From Vicinamibacteria bacterium (GTDB lineage Bacteria > Acidobacteriota > Vicinamibacteria > Marinacidobacterales > Marinacidobacteraceae): DNA of 64,000 bases. Location of the stretch: the NCBI GenBank assembly GCA_963555995.3, contig OY821641.1, forward strand, positions 1,024,001-1,088,000. The letters run 5' to 3'. The translations under genes and the position numbers were made by a program. The notes beneath the pieces were generated by a model. That model saw nothing but the letters and a program-made list of their open reading frames with translations, did not search any database and was not told the origin of the DNA. Positions 20,251 to 30,729 of the stretch are shown here, piece after piece. Each line of letters starts with the position of its first letter. Position 1 is the first letter of the stretch.

Positions 20251-23200
20251 TCACGCCGCCGTTCGCGGCAGCCCGCGCGCCCGCCAGACGAAGTAGATCG
20301 CCGGGAACACCACCAGCACCACGGCCGCGGCGGTGACGACCCCGCCCACCATGGGGGCGGCGATCCGTTTCATGACGTCGGACCCGGCGCCGGTGCTCCA
20401 CATGATGGGCAGCAGGCCGAGCGCGGTGGTGGCGGTGAGCATCGCGACGGGTCGAACGCGCCGGAGCGCGCCGTCGAAGACCGCCTCGCTCAGCTCGGCG
20501 CGGTTCGTGAGACGCCCCGCCTCCTTCGCCGCTTCGCAGGAGCGGTCCAGGTAGAGCAGCATCACCACTCCGGTCTCGGCGCTCAGTCCGGCGAGGGCGA
20601 TGATCCCCACCCCGACCGCGATGCTCAGGTTGTAGTCGAGCGCGTAGAGCAGCCAGAACGTGCCGACCAGCGAGAGCGGCACCGCGGTCAGCACGATGAG
20701 CGTCCGGGACACCGAGCGGGTGCTCATCTGGATGGTGAGCAGGATGAGCAGCAGGGTCAGCGGGACCATGATCTCCATCCGTTCCCGGGCGCGCAGCAGG
20801 AACTCGTACTGGCCGCTCCAGCCCAGGCTGTAGCCGGTCGGGATCTCCACCTCCTCGGCGACCGCGGCCCGGGCGTCTTCGACGTAGCTGCCCACGTCCA
20901 CGTCCTCGATGTCCACGTAGATCCAGGCGTTCGGCCGGGACTGTTCGCTCTTGATCACCGGCGGCCCCTTGACGAAGGACATGTCCGCCAGGAAGGCCAG
21001 CGGAATCTGCTGCCGGGTCGGCGTCTGCACCAGGATGTCCCCGAACTCGGAGGGGTTGTCGCGGAGGTCGCGGCTGTAGCGCAGGTTCACCGGATAGCGC
21101 TCGAGTCCCTCCACGGTGGTGGTGATGTTCATCCCCCCGATCGCCGACTGGATGACCTCCTGCACGTCGCCCACCGTCAGGCCGTAGCGGGCGATGGCGT
21201 CGCGCCGGATGGTGAAGTTCAGGTAGTTCCCACCCATGGCCCGTTCCGAGTACGCCGAACGGGTGCCCGGAACCTCGCGCACCACGGCTTCGACCTGACC
21301 GCCGAGGTCCTCGAGGACCGCGAGATCCGGACCAGCGAGTTTGATCCCCACCGGCGTCTTGATGCCGGTGGACAGCATGTCGATCCGGGTCTTGATGGGC
21401 ATCGTCCAGGCGTTCGTCAGGCCGGGGAAGCGGATGGCGTCGTCCATCTCCGCGATAAGCCGGTCGGGGGTCATGCCGGGGCGCCACTCGCTCTCCGGTT
21501 TCAGGAGGATCGTCGTCTCGATCATGCTGAGCGGGGCCGGGTCGGTGGCGGTGTCGGCGCGGCCGACCTTCCCGAAGACCGTCTCCACCTCGGGGAAGTC
21601 CCGCAGGATCCGGTCGGTCTGCTGCAGCACCTCGCGGGCCTTGGTGATCGAGACCCCGGGCAGGGTGGTCGGCATGTAGAGCAGGTCGCCCTCCCAGAGC
21701 GGCGGCATGAACTCCGACCCGAGGCGCGAGACGGGCACGGCGGTGGCGGCCGCCCCCGCCAGGGTGAGTGCGAGGACCGCCCAGCGCCACCGCAGGACCA
21801 GCCGCAGGACGGGCCGGTAGAGCGCCATCAGCAGCCAGGTGACCGGGTTGCGGCCCGCCGGCCGGATGCGTCCGCGGATCCAGAAGCCGGCGAGCACCGG
21901 AACGAGGGTCACCGAGAGCAGCGCCGCCGCCGCCATCGCGTAGGTCTTGGTGAACGCGAGCGGCCGGAAGAGGCGGCCCTCCTGCGCCTCCAGCGCGAAG
22001 ATGGGCGCGAAGGAGATCGTGATCACCAGGAGCGCGAAGAAGAGGGTGGGCCCGACCTCGGTGGAGGCGCGCGCGATGATGCGCCAGTGGGGCGTCTTGC
22101 CCCCCTCTTCCTGCCGGTCCCGCTCCAGGTGCCGGTGGGCGTTCTCCACGATCACAATCGCCGCGTCCACCATCGCCCCGATGGCGATCGCGATGCCGCC
22201 GAGCGACATGATGTTGGCTCCGACCCCCTGGAAGTACATGACGATGAAGGCCATCAGCACCGCGAGCGGGAGGGTGATCACCGCGACCAGCGCGGAGCGC
22301 AGGTGCAGCAGGAAGACGACGCACACGAGCGCCACGATCGCCATCTCCTCGACCAGCTTCTCCCGCAGGGTGGCGACGGAGTCCTCGATCAGCTCCGTCC
22401 GGTCATAGACCGGCACCACCTCCACTCCGGCGGGCAGGCCGGCCTGGAGCTCCTCGAGCCGCGCCTTGACCCGCCCGACGACCTCGTGGACGTTCGCGCC
22501 GGAGCGGACGACGACGATGCCGCCGACCACCTCGCCCTCACCGTTCAGTTCGGCGAGACCCCGGCGGATCTCCGGCCCGAACTGCACGGTTGCGATGTCC
22601 TCGACGGTGACCGGGGTGCCGGAGGCGTCCACCCCGAGCGCGATGCGGCGCACGTCGTCGAGCCCCCGGATGTACCCCTCCCCGCGCACCATGAACTCGG
22701 TCTCCGCGGTCTCGAAGACCCGCCCCCCCACGTCCGTGTTGCTGCGCCGCACCGCGTCCCGGATGCGGGCCAGCGAGATGTCGTAGGCGCGCAGCCGGTT
22801 CGGGTCCACGGTGATCTGGTACTGCCGGACGAACCCGCCGACGCTCGCCACCTCCGAGACTCCCTGGACGGCGGTGAGCTCGTACTTGAGGAACCAGTCC
22901 TGGACCGACCGCAGTTCGGCGAGGTCGTGGTCGTCGGAGCGGAGCGCGTACATGTAGGCCCAGCCGACGCCGCTCGCGTCGGGACCCAGGGTGGGGCTGA
23001 CTCCCTCCGGAAGCCTGCCGCTGACGTAGTTGAGGTACTCGAGGACCCGGCTCCGGGCCCAGTAGAGGTCGGTGCCGTCCTCGAAGATCACATAGACGAA
23101 CGAGAACCCGAAGAAGGAGTAGCCCCGCACCACGGTGGCCGAGGGGACCGCGAGCATCTGGGTGGTGATCGGGTAGGTCACCTGGTCCTCGACGACCTGC

Positions 23201-23373
23201 GGGGCCTGTCCCGGGTAGTCGGTGAACACGATCACCTGGACGTCGGAGAGATCGGGCAGCGCGTCGAGGGGGATGGCGCGGAGCGCCTGGAACCCGGCGA
23301 CGGCGAGGAACGCCGCCAGCACGAGGACGAACAGGCGGTTCCGGAGGGACCACTCGATGAGGCGGGTCAACAT
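20251..23373 (-). CDS. cusA: CusA/SilA heavy-metal RND efflux permease
   Basis: DALPDLSDVQVI, AMVDAAIVIVEN, EFMP, DPAPLSMIET, WTMPIKTRIDM (Cu/Ag Met site). Confidence 0.95.
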   Translation of the reverse strand: MLTRLIEWSLRNRLFVLVLAAFLAVAGFQALRAIPLDALPDLSDVQVIVFTDYPGQAPQVVEDQVTYPITTQMLAVPSATVVRGYSFFGFSFVYVIFEDGTDLYWARSRVLEYLNYVSGRLPEGVSPTLGPDASGVGWAYMYALRSDDHDLAELRSVQDWFLKYELTAVQGVSEVASVGGFVRQYQITVDPNRLRAYDISLARIRDAVRRSNTDVGGRVFETAETEFMVRGEGYIRGLDDVRRIALGVDASGTPVTVEDIATVQFGPEIRRGLAELNGEGEVVGGIVVVRSGANVHEVVGRVKARLEELQAGLPAGVEVVPVYDRTELIEDSVATLREKLVEEMAIVALVCVVFLLHLRSALVAVITLPLAVLMAFIVMYFQGVGANIMSLGGIAIAIGAMVDAAIVIVENAHRHLERDRQEEGGKTPHWRIIARASTEVGPTLFFALLVITISFAPIFALEAQEGRLFRPLAFTKTYAMAAAALLSVTLVPVLAGFWIRGRIRPAGRNPVTWLLMALYRPVLRLVLRWRWAVLALTLAGAAATAVPVSRLGSEFMPPLWEGDLLYMPTTLPGVSITKAREVLQQTDRILRDFPEVETVFGKVGRADTATDPAPLSMIETTILLKPESEWRPGMTPDRLIAEMDDAIRFPGLTNAWTMPIKTRIDMLSTGIKTPVGIKLAGPDLAVLEDLGGQVEAVVREVPGTRSAYSERAMGGNYLNFTIRRDAIARYGLTVGDVQEVIQSAIGGMNITTTVEGLERYPVNLRYSRDLRDNPSEFGDILVQTPTRQQIPLAFLADMSFVKGPPVIKSEQSRPNAWIYVDIEDVDVGSYVEDARAAVAEEVEIPTGYSLGWSGQYEFLLRARERMEIMVPLTLLLILLTIQMSTRSVSRTLIVLTAVPLSLVGTFWLLYALDYNLSIAVGVGIIALAGLSAETGVVMLLYLDRSCEAAKEAGRLTNRAELSEAVFDGALRRVRPVAMLTATTALGLLPIMWSTGAGSDVMKRIAAPMVGGVVTAAAVVLVVFPAIYFVWRARGLPRTAA

Positions 23374-23642
23374 GTGATGGTTCCGGGCTGGTTAGCGGGT
23401 TCCGGCGCCGGCTTGATCCTGCCAGGATGCCGTGCGCCAGTGCTTCGGGTCGGCGGGCGCCGGAGGGGTGGGGGGTGGGGAGGGGTGTCCCCTCCCCACG
23501 AGAGAATCGGTGGAGAGAATCGCGCAGCGATTCGCGCCACCGACCCGTGGGGAAAGCACCCTGCATCCGTGGATTCCCCCGGGTCCCGCCGGATGGCGGG
23601 AGGTTCCGGGGACGGGATGCGGGGTGCTTTTTCCACGGGCTG

Positions 23643-25001
23643 CTAGTGGTGTCGGTGGGTCATGGCCGGTTCCGGCGCCTCGGGCTCGGCGGTCTCCGGT
23701 TCGGCGACCGGCGCCTTGATCGCCTGGGTGAGGTTGCTCTCGGAATCGATCAGGAACTGGGCCGAGACCACGACCCGGTCCGCTTCGGAGATTCCGTCCG
23801 CGATCTCCCAGACCCCGTCGCCGCCGGCGCCGAGGGTGACGTCCGCCACCCGGTAGAGGCCCGGTGAGAGTTCAAGGACCACCAGGTCCCGGGCGCCGCT
23901 CCGGATCACCGCCTCCTCGGGCACCGTCAGCGCGTCCCGCGCTACCGGCACGTCGAAGGTGACGTTCGCGTACATGCCGGCCCGCAGCGCCAGATCGGGG
24001 TTCGCGAGTTCGATGGACACTGTCATCGTCCGCGTCTCCTGGTTGAAATGGGGATACAGGAAGCGGACGAACCCGGTGTAGGGCCGTCCCGGCACGTAGG
24101 GCAGCTCCACCTCGGCCCGCTGGCCGATCCGCATGGCCTGCACCTGGTGTTCGAAGATCTCGACGTCCACCCAGATGGTGGTCAGGTCGGCCAGCTTGTA
24201 GAGGTTCATCCCCGGCTCGACGTACATGCCGTCGAGCGCCTCGTCCACCTTCTCCACGACCACGCCGGTGACCGGAGAGACCACCGAGAGCGTGCGTCGG
24301 GGGGTCTCCTCCCGCTCCAGCAGCGCGATCTGTTCGTCGGTGATGTCCCAGTAGCGGAGCCGGGCGCGGGCCGCCTCGACGAGCGAGCGCGCCCGCCCGG
24401 CGACGTCGGGGAACCGCGAGGCGTCGAGCCGCTCCGCGTAGTGCACGGCCTGGAGGTATTCGGTCTGGGCCGCGACCAGTTGCGGGCTGTAGATGTCGAA
24501 GAGCGCCTGGCCCTCCTCGACCGTCTCCCCGAGATAGTTCACCGCGACGTTTTCGATCCAGCCGTCGTACTTCGTGCCCACCCAGGCGATCTGCTTGTCG
24601 TTGTGGGCGAGGGTGCCGACGGTGCGGATCGTCTGGGCGATGTCCCGCCGCTCGACCGGGGTGGTGCGCACCCCGATCCGCTGCACGAAGCCGGGATCGA
24701 GGCGCACCGCGCCTTCCGGCGTGGCGCCCGCTTCGTCCGCGTAGACGGGGACCAGGTCCATTCCCATGGGCGACTTGCCGGGCCGGTCCGAAATGAAGTT
24801 CGGATCCATGGGCGCCCGCCAGTAGAGGACCTCCCGGTCGTCCTCCGCGGCCGGGACGGCCATGTCGTGCCCTTCGTGGCCGTCCGCGGCCTCGCCGAAG
24901 CGGGGCGGCCACTCCCAGCCGCCGAGGGCGAACCCGGCGAGGACGACGAGCGCCATGCCGGCGAGGAAGGCGCCGGCGCCGATGACGAGGGTGCGGTTCA
25001 T
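23643..25001 (-). CDS. cusB: CusB-type RND membrane fusion protein
   Basis: YWRAPMDP...PGKSPMGMDLVP heavy-metal binding domain; AQFLIDSES. Confidence 0.92.
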   Translation of the reverse strand: MNRTLVIGAGAFLAGMALVVLAGFALGGWEWPPRFGEAADGHEGHDMAVPAAEDDREVLYWRAPMDPNFISDRPGKSPMGMDLVPVYADEAGATPEGAVRLDPGFVQRIGVRTTPVERRDIAQTIRTVGTLAHNDKQIAWVGTKYDGWIENVAVNYLGETVEEGQALFDIYSPQLVAAQTEYLQAVHYAERLDASRFPDVAGRARSLVEAARARLRYWDITDEQIALLEREETPRRTLSVVSPVTGVVVEKVDEALDGMYVEPGMNLYKLADLTTIWVDVEIFEHQVQAMRIGQRAEVELPYVPGRPYTGFVRFLYPHFNQETRTMTVSIELANPDLALRAGMYANVTFDVPVARDALTVPEEAVIRSGARDLVVLELSPGLYRVADVTLGAGGDGVWEIADGISEADRVVVSAQFLIDSESNLTQAIKAPVAEPETAEPEAPEPAMTHRHH

Positions 25002-26374
25002 GAGGACCTCCCGGCGGGCAGGGGAACCTGGGCGCCGATGCCCCGTTCGAGATCCGCGAGCGCGATGAGGAAGTCGGACACGTAGCGGGCGCGCATCCGC
25101 AGGACGTCGAGCTGGACGCGTTCGCCGTCGAGCAGGTCGAGGACTCCCACCTGACCCGTTTCGTAGGCGGTCTCGGTGGCGCGGAGCGTTTCCTCGCTCT
25201 GCGGGATGAGCACGGTCTCGAGCAGGGCGAGCTGTTCCTCGATGGTCTCGACCCGGATCAGGGCCAGCTCCACCGCGTTCTCCATGGCGTCCCGGGCCTC
25301 TTCAAGGCGCCTTCGGTTCGCCGTGAGGCGGTGCCCGGCTTCCTCGACGCCGGCGCGGTACTTCTCCTTCCAGACCGGCAGGGAGACCCCCAGGGACACG
25401 CTCAGGGAGTTCTTGCCCTCGTCCGGAGGGAGCGGTCCGAGGACGTCGGCCGGATCGCGGCCGGCGACGTTCATCAGCGCGAGGCTTGCGGTGAAGCGGG
25501 GCCGGAAGTTCATCCCGGCCAGCTCGACCGCGTCTTCGCTCGCCTCGATGAGCGCGGTCGCCGCCCGCAGTTCCTGCCGGTTCCGCGCTCCCAGGTCCAG
25601 CAACTGCGCCCGGTCCAGGCTCACCGCGGGCGGTTCGATGGCGGGGACCTCTGGAACCGCGGTTTCGGGGGAGCGGGCGCAGAGCGTGTTGAGGTTCGCG
25701 GCGAGCGTCCGGCGCTGGCCGGTGAGCTGACGCTGCCGGTCGGCGATCCGGGTGAGTTCCGCCTGCAGCCGGATGACCGCCTGCTGGAGGCCCTCGCCGG
25801 TGGCGTAGCGCGCCCGCGCCAGCGTTTCGTAGTGCCCCACGAGCGAGCGTTCTTCTTCCAGCAGCCGGCGCGCCGCGTCCAGATAGGCGATGTCGTAGAA
25901 GGTCCGCTTGACCCGGGCGATGAGTTCGCGTTCCTCGGCCTGGACGAGGAGGAACTGGGCATCGGCTTCGGAGAGCGCCAACCGGCCGCGGAGATCACGA
26001 GCGCCGAACCAGGGCAGGGACTGGGTCACCGTGATGCCGCCGGTCTGGGACCCGACGCGGGTCTCCATCCTCCGGAGCGCCTGGCTCACGCTCAGGGTCG
26101 GGTCGGGGAGGGCCGTGACCTGCGGGACGCGCTGCCGGGTAGCCTGGTGCTTCGCCCGGGACGCGAGCAACGCGGGATGCCGTTCGATGGCGCTGTCCAC
26201 GCAGCTTCTGAGCTCCGCTTCGGGAGCGTAGAAGTCGGGAGGTGGTTCCGGCGGGATTCCCGCAGCCGCCGCGACGGCCATCAGGACCGCCGCCGGGCAG
26301 GCAAAAAGGGATCGTAGAGACAACACGATAGGGAGAATCCGTCGCCAGGCTGCGGCGGGCCGGGGCCAGACCAC
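24998..26374 (-). CDS. TolC/CusC family outer membrane efflux protein (start uncertain)
   Basis: LPDP, ITVTQSLPW, helical OEP repeats, AYETGQ..LDLLD; overlaps the cusB start. Confidence 0.85.
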   Translation of the reverse strand: MVWPRPAAAWRRILPIVLSLRSLFACPAAVLMAVAAAAGIPPEPPPDFYAPEAELRSCVDSAIERHPALLASRAKHQATRQRVPQVTALPDPTLSVSQALRRMETRVGSQTGGITVTQSLPWFGARDLRGRLALSEADAQFLLVQAEERELIARVKRTFYDIAYLDAARRLLEEERSLVGHYETLARARYATGEGLQQAVIRLQAELTRIADRQRQLTGQRRTLAANLNTLCARSPETAVPEVPAIEPPAVSLDRAQLLDLGARNRQELRAATALIEASEDAVELAGMNFRPRFTASLALMNVAGRDPADVLGPLPPDEGKNSLSVSLGVSLPVWKEKYRAGVEEAGHRLTANRRRLEEARDAMENAVELALIRVETIEEQLALLETVLIPQSEETLRATETAYETGQVGVLDLLDGERVQLDVLRMRARYVSDFLIALADLERGIGAQVPLPAGRSS

Positions 26375-26561
26375 GCGGCGCTGGCCGCCGGCGGGTCACC
26401 GGGTTGGCGGGCCCGGGAAACCGCCCCGTGCCGGGTTCCGGCACGGGCCGCCGGTCGTCAGGGGTGCTGGCCGGGGACGGCGCCTTCGGGGCGCGCGCGA
26501 GGCGCGAGCCCGGTCCGGCGACGTTCGGCTCAGCGGGACCGAACGCGCGGCGGACGGAGAC

Positions 26562-26912
26562 TCAGATCAGCAGGGCGGCGTGCCGGACGAAAAGGGGCGG
26601 CCGCGGCTCCCGGGGAGGAAGGGGCCCGTCGGGCTGGCGGTTCCATCGGAAAATCGGCTGGAGCGACTCCCCGGAGGCGGGCAGGACCGCCGCCGGACCC
26701 GGCTCGGGGGCAAGGAGCTTGGGGACGGTGACCGACGAACAGCAGGCGCTCACGCGTTCCGCGTCCGGGACCGGCTCGGAACCGCCGTGACAGCTCGCCT
26801 CGGCGGGGATGCCGGGCGCCGCCATCAGCGGGCAGACCACCGCGAACGCCAGCACCACGGCCAGCACGGTGGCGGCCAGCGGCTTGCGGCGTGTGGACGT
26901 GAACAGCTTCAT
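26562..26912 (-). CDS. Cys/His-containing, Pro-rich leader protein upstream of cusCBA (CopL/DUF2946-like)
   Basis: TATACT -10 at 26929-26924; signal-like helix, CP, SCH, CC; C-terminus PRPPLFVRHAALLI. Confidence 0.6.
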   Translation of the reverse strand: MKLFTSTRRKPLAATVLAVVLAFAVVCPLMAAPGIPAEASCHGGSEPVPDAERVSACCSSVTVPKLLAPEPGPAAVLPASGESLQPIFRWNRQPDGPLPPREPRPPLFVRHAALLI

Positions 26913-26966
26913 TGCCGGCGGCCAGTATAGAGACCCCGGCTTCACGGGCGCCAATGGCGGGAATTC

Positions 26967-27704
26967 CTATCGCCGTTCCCGCACCCCCTGTTGCAGAGGG
27001 AAATAGACCTTCGCGATCCACTTTGGGGGCGCCCCCGCGAGCCAGGCTCCGAGCGCGAGGTAGTCGAGGAGGGCCGTCGAGACCGGGCCGAGGCGTTCCC
27101 AGTGTTCCGTCCCGGTGGTCACCGCCGCTCCGGCGGGCTCGAGGCGGCCGAGGCGGCGGAGGCGGCGGGCGAGCCCGGCGTCCTCGAAGATGGGCTCTTC
27201 CGGGAAGCCGCCGACCTCCCCGAAGGCGGTGCGGGTGGTGAAGATGGCCTGGTCGCCGTAGGGAAGCCCGAGCCAGCGCGCCCGCCGGTTCGCTCCGCGC
27301 GCGCCGAAACGGAGCAGCGCCCCGCCGCCCTCGATGCGCTGCGGGAACCAGCCGCCGACCACGCCGGGCCGGGCGAGGATGCCCGTCACCTGTCCCGCCG
27401 CCGCGCGCGGGAGCCGGCAGTCGGCGTGCAGGAACACCAGAACGTCTCCCCGGGCGGCGCGCGCCCCGGCGTTCATCTGGAGGGCGCGTCCCCGCCCGGC
27501 GGTCTCGACCCGCGCCCCGGCGCGCGCGGCTTCGTCCGCCGTGCCGTCGCGGCTGCCGCCGTCCACCACGATCACGTCCGCCCCGTCGGGGGCGGAGCGG
27601 ATGGCGGCGCCGATGGTGCTGGCGGAGTCGAGGGTCGGGATGACGACGGAGATCACGGTGGAGAAGGGGGTGCGGCCGGCGCACGCCGACGCTTTGTTCC
27701 GCAC
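26967..27704 (-). CDS. TIGR04283-type GT2 glycosyltransferase (likely start GTG 27656)
   Basis: ISVVIPTL, VDGGSRDGT, GRALQMNAGA, FLHAD, LPYGDQAIF, FED. Confidence 0.85.
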   Translation of the reverse strand: MRNKASACAGRTPFSTVISVVIPTLDSASTIGAAIRSAPDGADVIVVDGGSRDGTADEAARAGARVETAGRGRALQMNAGARAARGDVLVFLHADCRLPRAAAGQVTGILARPGVVGGWFPQRIEGGGALLRFGARGANRRARWLGLPYGDQAIFTTRTAFGEVGGFPEEPIFEDAGLARRLRRLGRLEPAGAAVTTGTEHWERLGPVSTALLDYLALGAWLAGAPPKWIAKVYFPLQQGVRERR

Positions 27705-27793
27705 GTTTGGTCTTTACCTATCGTCGGGCCCCCCGGTAGAATTCTCTGCGTTCCGCGGTCCGGGCTGCCGAGGCGGCGGTTTTTCGATTTTCC

Positions 27794-28222
27794 ATGGGCG
27801 AATACCTCGGACCGCTGGTCGCGATCGCGGTCGGCGTGCTCTTCGTGGCGGTCACCCTCCTGGTTTCGTCGCTCGTCCGTCCCTCGCTGCCGCTCGACTC
27901 GAAGTCGCAACCCTATGAGTGCGGGGAGAACCCGGTCGGCTCGCCGTGGGGCGTGCAGTTCAACATCCGGTTCTACGTCTTCGCGCTGGTGTTTCTCATC
28001 TTCGACGTGGAAGCGGTCATGCTGCTGCCCTGGGCGCTTGCCTATCTCGACCTGGGCGCCGGCGCGCTGGTCGCCGGACTCATCTTCATCGGGATGCTCG
28101 TTCTCGGGCTCGCCGACGTCTGGGTGAAGGGCGATCTCGAGTGGGTGCGCGAGGAAGAGCGGCGCGCCCTGAAAACGCGTTCGGGAGCCGAGGCGTCCTC
28201 CGCCTCGGGAGCGGCCGCCTGA
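27794..28222 (+). CDS. nuoA: NADH-quinone oxidoreductase subunit A
   Basis: [26 protein letters not shown]. Confidence 0.95.
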   Translation: MGEYLGPLVAIAVGVLFVAVTLLVSSLVRPSLPLDSKSQPYECGENPVGSPWGVQFNIRFYVFALVFLIFDVEAVMLLPWALAYLDLGAGALVAGLIFIGMLVLGLADVWVKGDLEWVREEERRALKTRSGAEASSASGAAA

Positions 28223-28269
28223 GGCGCGTGCGTCACGTTGTTCCAAGGGCCGCTGAACGGAGAGTCCGC

Positions 28270-28833
28270 GTGGATCTGATCGGCGCCCTCGGCAAGGGTC
28301 TCGGCAAGGACAACGTGGCGCTCACCACGGTGAGCGCGATCGTGAACTGGGCGCGGCTGTCGGCGCTCTGGCCGATGACCTTCGGCCTCGCCTGCTGCGC
28401 CATCGAGATGATGGCGACCGGGGCGAGCCGCTTCGACTGGGACCGGCTCGGCCTCATCCCCCGGGCGACCCCCCGGCAGTCGGACTGCATGATCGTCGCC
28501 GGCACCGTCACCCACAAGATGGCGATCCGCATCAAGACGCTCTACGACCAGATGCCGGAACCCAAGTACGTGATCTCGATGGGTAGCTGCGCCAACAACG
28601 GCGGTCCCTACTGGCAGTACGGCTACCACGTCGTGAAGGGCGTGGACCAGATCATCCCGGTGGATGTCTACGTGCCGGGTTGTCCGCCCCGGCCGGAAGC
28701 GCTGCTCTACGGGATCATGGCGCTCCAGGATCGCATCCGCGAGAAGTCGCTGCTCGACGATCCGCGCGAGGGCCGCCCCCGGCCGGCGGCCGCGAGCCAG
28801 CCCGCGGGCCGGATGGTGGAGATGGCCGGGTGA
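28270..28833 (+). CDS. nuoB: NADH-quinone oxidoreductase subunit B
   Basis: [25 protein letters not shown]; GTG start at 28270. Confidence 0.95.
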   Translation: MDLIGALGKGLGKDNVALTTVSAIVNWARLSALWPMTFGLACCAIEMMATGASRFDWDRLGLIPRATPRQSDCMIVAGTVTHKMAIRIKTLYDQMPEPKYVISMGSCANNGGPYWQYGYHVVKGVDQIIPVDVYVPGCPPRPEALLYGIMALQDRIREKSLLDDPREGRPRPAAASQPAGRMVEMAG

Positions 28834-29381
28834 GCGCCGCCTCCATCATCGAGCGCCTCGCCGCCCATCTCGGTCTGGAGGAGGGCTCGTTCGACTCCGA
28901 TGCGGAGGCGAAGGATCCCTGGGTCCGGGTCCCGGGGGACCGGCTGCTGGCGGCGGCCGAGTTCCTGAAGACGGATCCGGAACTCGACTTCGACACCCTC
29001 CACTGCGTCTCGGGAGTGGACTGGCCCGGCGACGACCCGCCGGCCGTCGAGGTGGTGTACCACCTGACCTCGCTGAGCAAGAAGCACTGGATCGTGCTGA
29101 AGACCCGGGTGCCGCGCGAAGGCGCCAGCCTCCCCACCCTGGAGACGGTCTGGAAGGCGGCCAACTGGCACGAGCGCGAGACGTACGACCTCTTCGGCGT
29201 CCGTTTCGAGGGGCACAGCGACCTCCGGCGCATCCTGCTGCCGGCCGACTGGCCCGGCCATCCGCTGCTCCGCGACTGGGAGTGGCCCGAGACCTGGCAC
29301 AAGATCCCGGTGAAGCCGGGACGGCAGATGACGGAGCGCGCCGAGGGCGGCCAGATGACGGGCGTGGGCCCCTTCGACTGA
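28830..29381 (+). CDS. nuoC: NADH-quinone oxidoreductase subunit C
   Basis: [13 protein letters not shown]...[17 protein letters not shown]; GTGA overlap with nuoB. Confidence 0.93.
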   Translation: MSAASIIERLAAHLGLEEGSFDSDAEAKDPWVRVPGDRLLAAAEFLKTDPELDFDTLHCVSGVDWPGDDPPAVEVVYHLTSLSKKHWIVLKTRVPREGASLPTLETVWKAANWHERETYDLFGVRFEGHSDLRRILLPADWPGHPLLRDWEWPETWHKIPVKPGRQMTERAEGGQMTGVGPFD

Positions 29382-29397
29382 GGTAGCGGGGATCCGG

Positions 29398-29514
29398 ATG
29401 GCCGAGCAACGTTCCCCCGTCGACGAGGCCCCGCTGGCACGCCCGGCTTGGAACGCCGGTCTCCAGACCGGCATCGCCGCCGCAGGCGGCGAACCCGTCG
29501 AGGGAGGCTCCTAG
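29398..29514 (+). other. 38-codon bridge mini-ORF: duplicated nuoD 5' end plus a REP element
   Basis: MAEQRSPVDEAPL versus NuoD MAEQRSPVDGAPL; REP at 29450-29472; ends TAG immediately before the nuoD ATG. Confidence 0.7.
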
Positions 29515-30729
29515 ATGGCCGAGCAACGTTCGCCCGTTGACGGCGCCCCGCTCGTCACCCTCTACGACGAGGAACTGCCGCCCGACAACGCCTACGCCTT
29601 CTCCCCCGAGGAACTCGAAGAGGACGAGATGATCCTCAACATGGGGCCCCAGCACCCGTCGACCCACGGAGTGCTCCGGGTGGAGCTCAAGACCGACGGG
29701 GAGATCGTCAAGGACGCCCGGCCGCACATCGGCTACCTGCACCGGAACTTCGAAAAGCACGCCGAGAACATTGACTACCAGGGCGTCATCCCCTTCACCG
29801 ACCGGATGGACTACGTCGGCTCGATGGGGAACAGCCTCGCCTACGCGCTCACCGTCGAGAAACTGCTCGGCATCGGGGTGGGGGAGCGGGTCGCGGGCAT
29901 CCGGGTGATCACCGCCGAACTGCAGCGGATCGCCAGCCACCTGCTCGCGATGGGCACCTACGGGATGGACATCGGCGCCTTCACGCCGTTCCTGCTCTGC
30001 TTCCAGCAGCGCGAGCGGATCCTCGATCTCTTCGAGTGGCTCTGCGGCGCCCGCCTGCTCTACAACTACAACTGGGTCGGCGGCGTCTCCCACGACCTGC
30101 CCGAGGGCTGGACCGACAAGGCCCGCCGCTTCCTCGACGAATTCGTGCCGGTGCTGGACGAGGTGGACAAGCTCCTCAGCCACAACAAGATCTTCATCCG
30201 CCGGACGGCCGACATCGGGATCATCACTCCGGAGATGGCGAAGGACTACGCGCTCTCCGGCCCGAACCTCCGCGGGTCCGGGATTGACTGGGACCTGCGG
30301 CGGGACGATCCCTACCTGGGCTACGAGAACTACGACTTCGACGTGGTCGTGGCAACCAGTCCTCACGGCCCCGCCGGTTCCTGCTGGGACCGGTACTTCG
30401 TGCGGGTCCGCGAGATGTACGAGAGCGTCAAGATCGTCCGCCAGGCCCTTGACCGTCTGCCCGCCGAAGGCGACGTCCACGAGAACGTGCCGCGGTTCGT
30501 CCGGCCGCTGGCCGGCGAGGCCTACTGCCGGAGCGAGGCGCCGCGGGGCGAACTCGCCTTCTACATCGTCGCCGAGAACAAGAAGCCCATCCCCTACCGG
30601 GTGAAGGGACGCTCCCCCTGCTTCGTGGCGATGGGGCTCTTCCACGAGATCACCCGCGGCGAGATGATCGCCGACATCATCGCCATCATCGGCAGCCTGG
30701 ACATCGTCCTCGGGGAGATTGACCGGTGA
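29515..30729 (+). CDS. nuoD: NADH-quinone oxidoreductase subunit D
   Basis: NMGPQHPSTHGVLR, IGYLHR, DRMDY, SLDIVLGEIDR; no NiFe CxxC motifs. Confidence 0.96.
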   Translation: MAEQRSPVDGAPLVTLYDEELPPDNAYAFSPEELEEDEMILNMGPQHPSTHGVLRVELKTDGEIVKDARPHIGYLHRNFEKHAENIDYQGVIPFTDRMDYVGSMGNSLAYALTVEKLLGIGVGERVAGIRVITAELQRIASHLLAMGTYGMDIGAFTPFLLCFQQRERILDLFEWLCGARLLYNYNWVGGVSHDLPEGWTDKARRFLDEFVPVLDEVDKLLSHNKIFIRRTADIGIITPEMAKDYALSGPNLRGSGIDWDLRRDDPYLGYENYDFDVVVATSPHGPAGSCWDRYFVRVREMYESVKIVRQALDRLPAEGDVHENVPRFVRPLAGEAYCRSEAPRGELAFYIVAENKKPIPYRVKGRSPCFVAMGLFHEITRGEMIADIIAIIGSLDIVLGEIDR

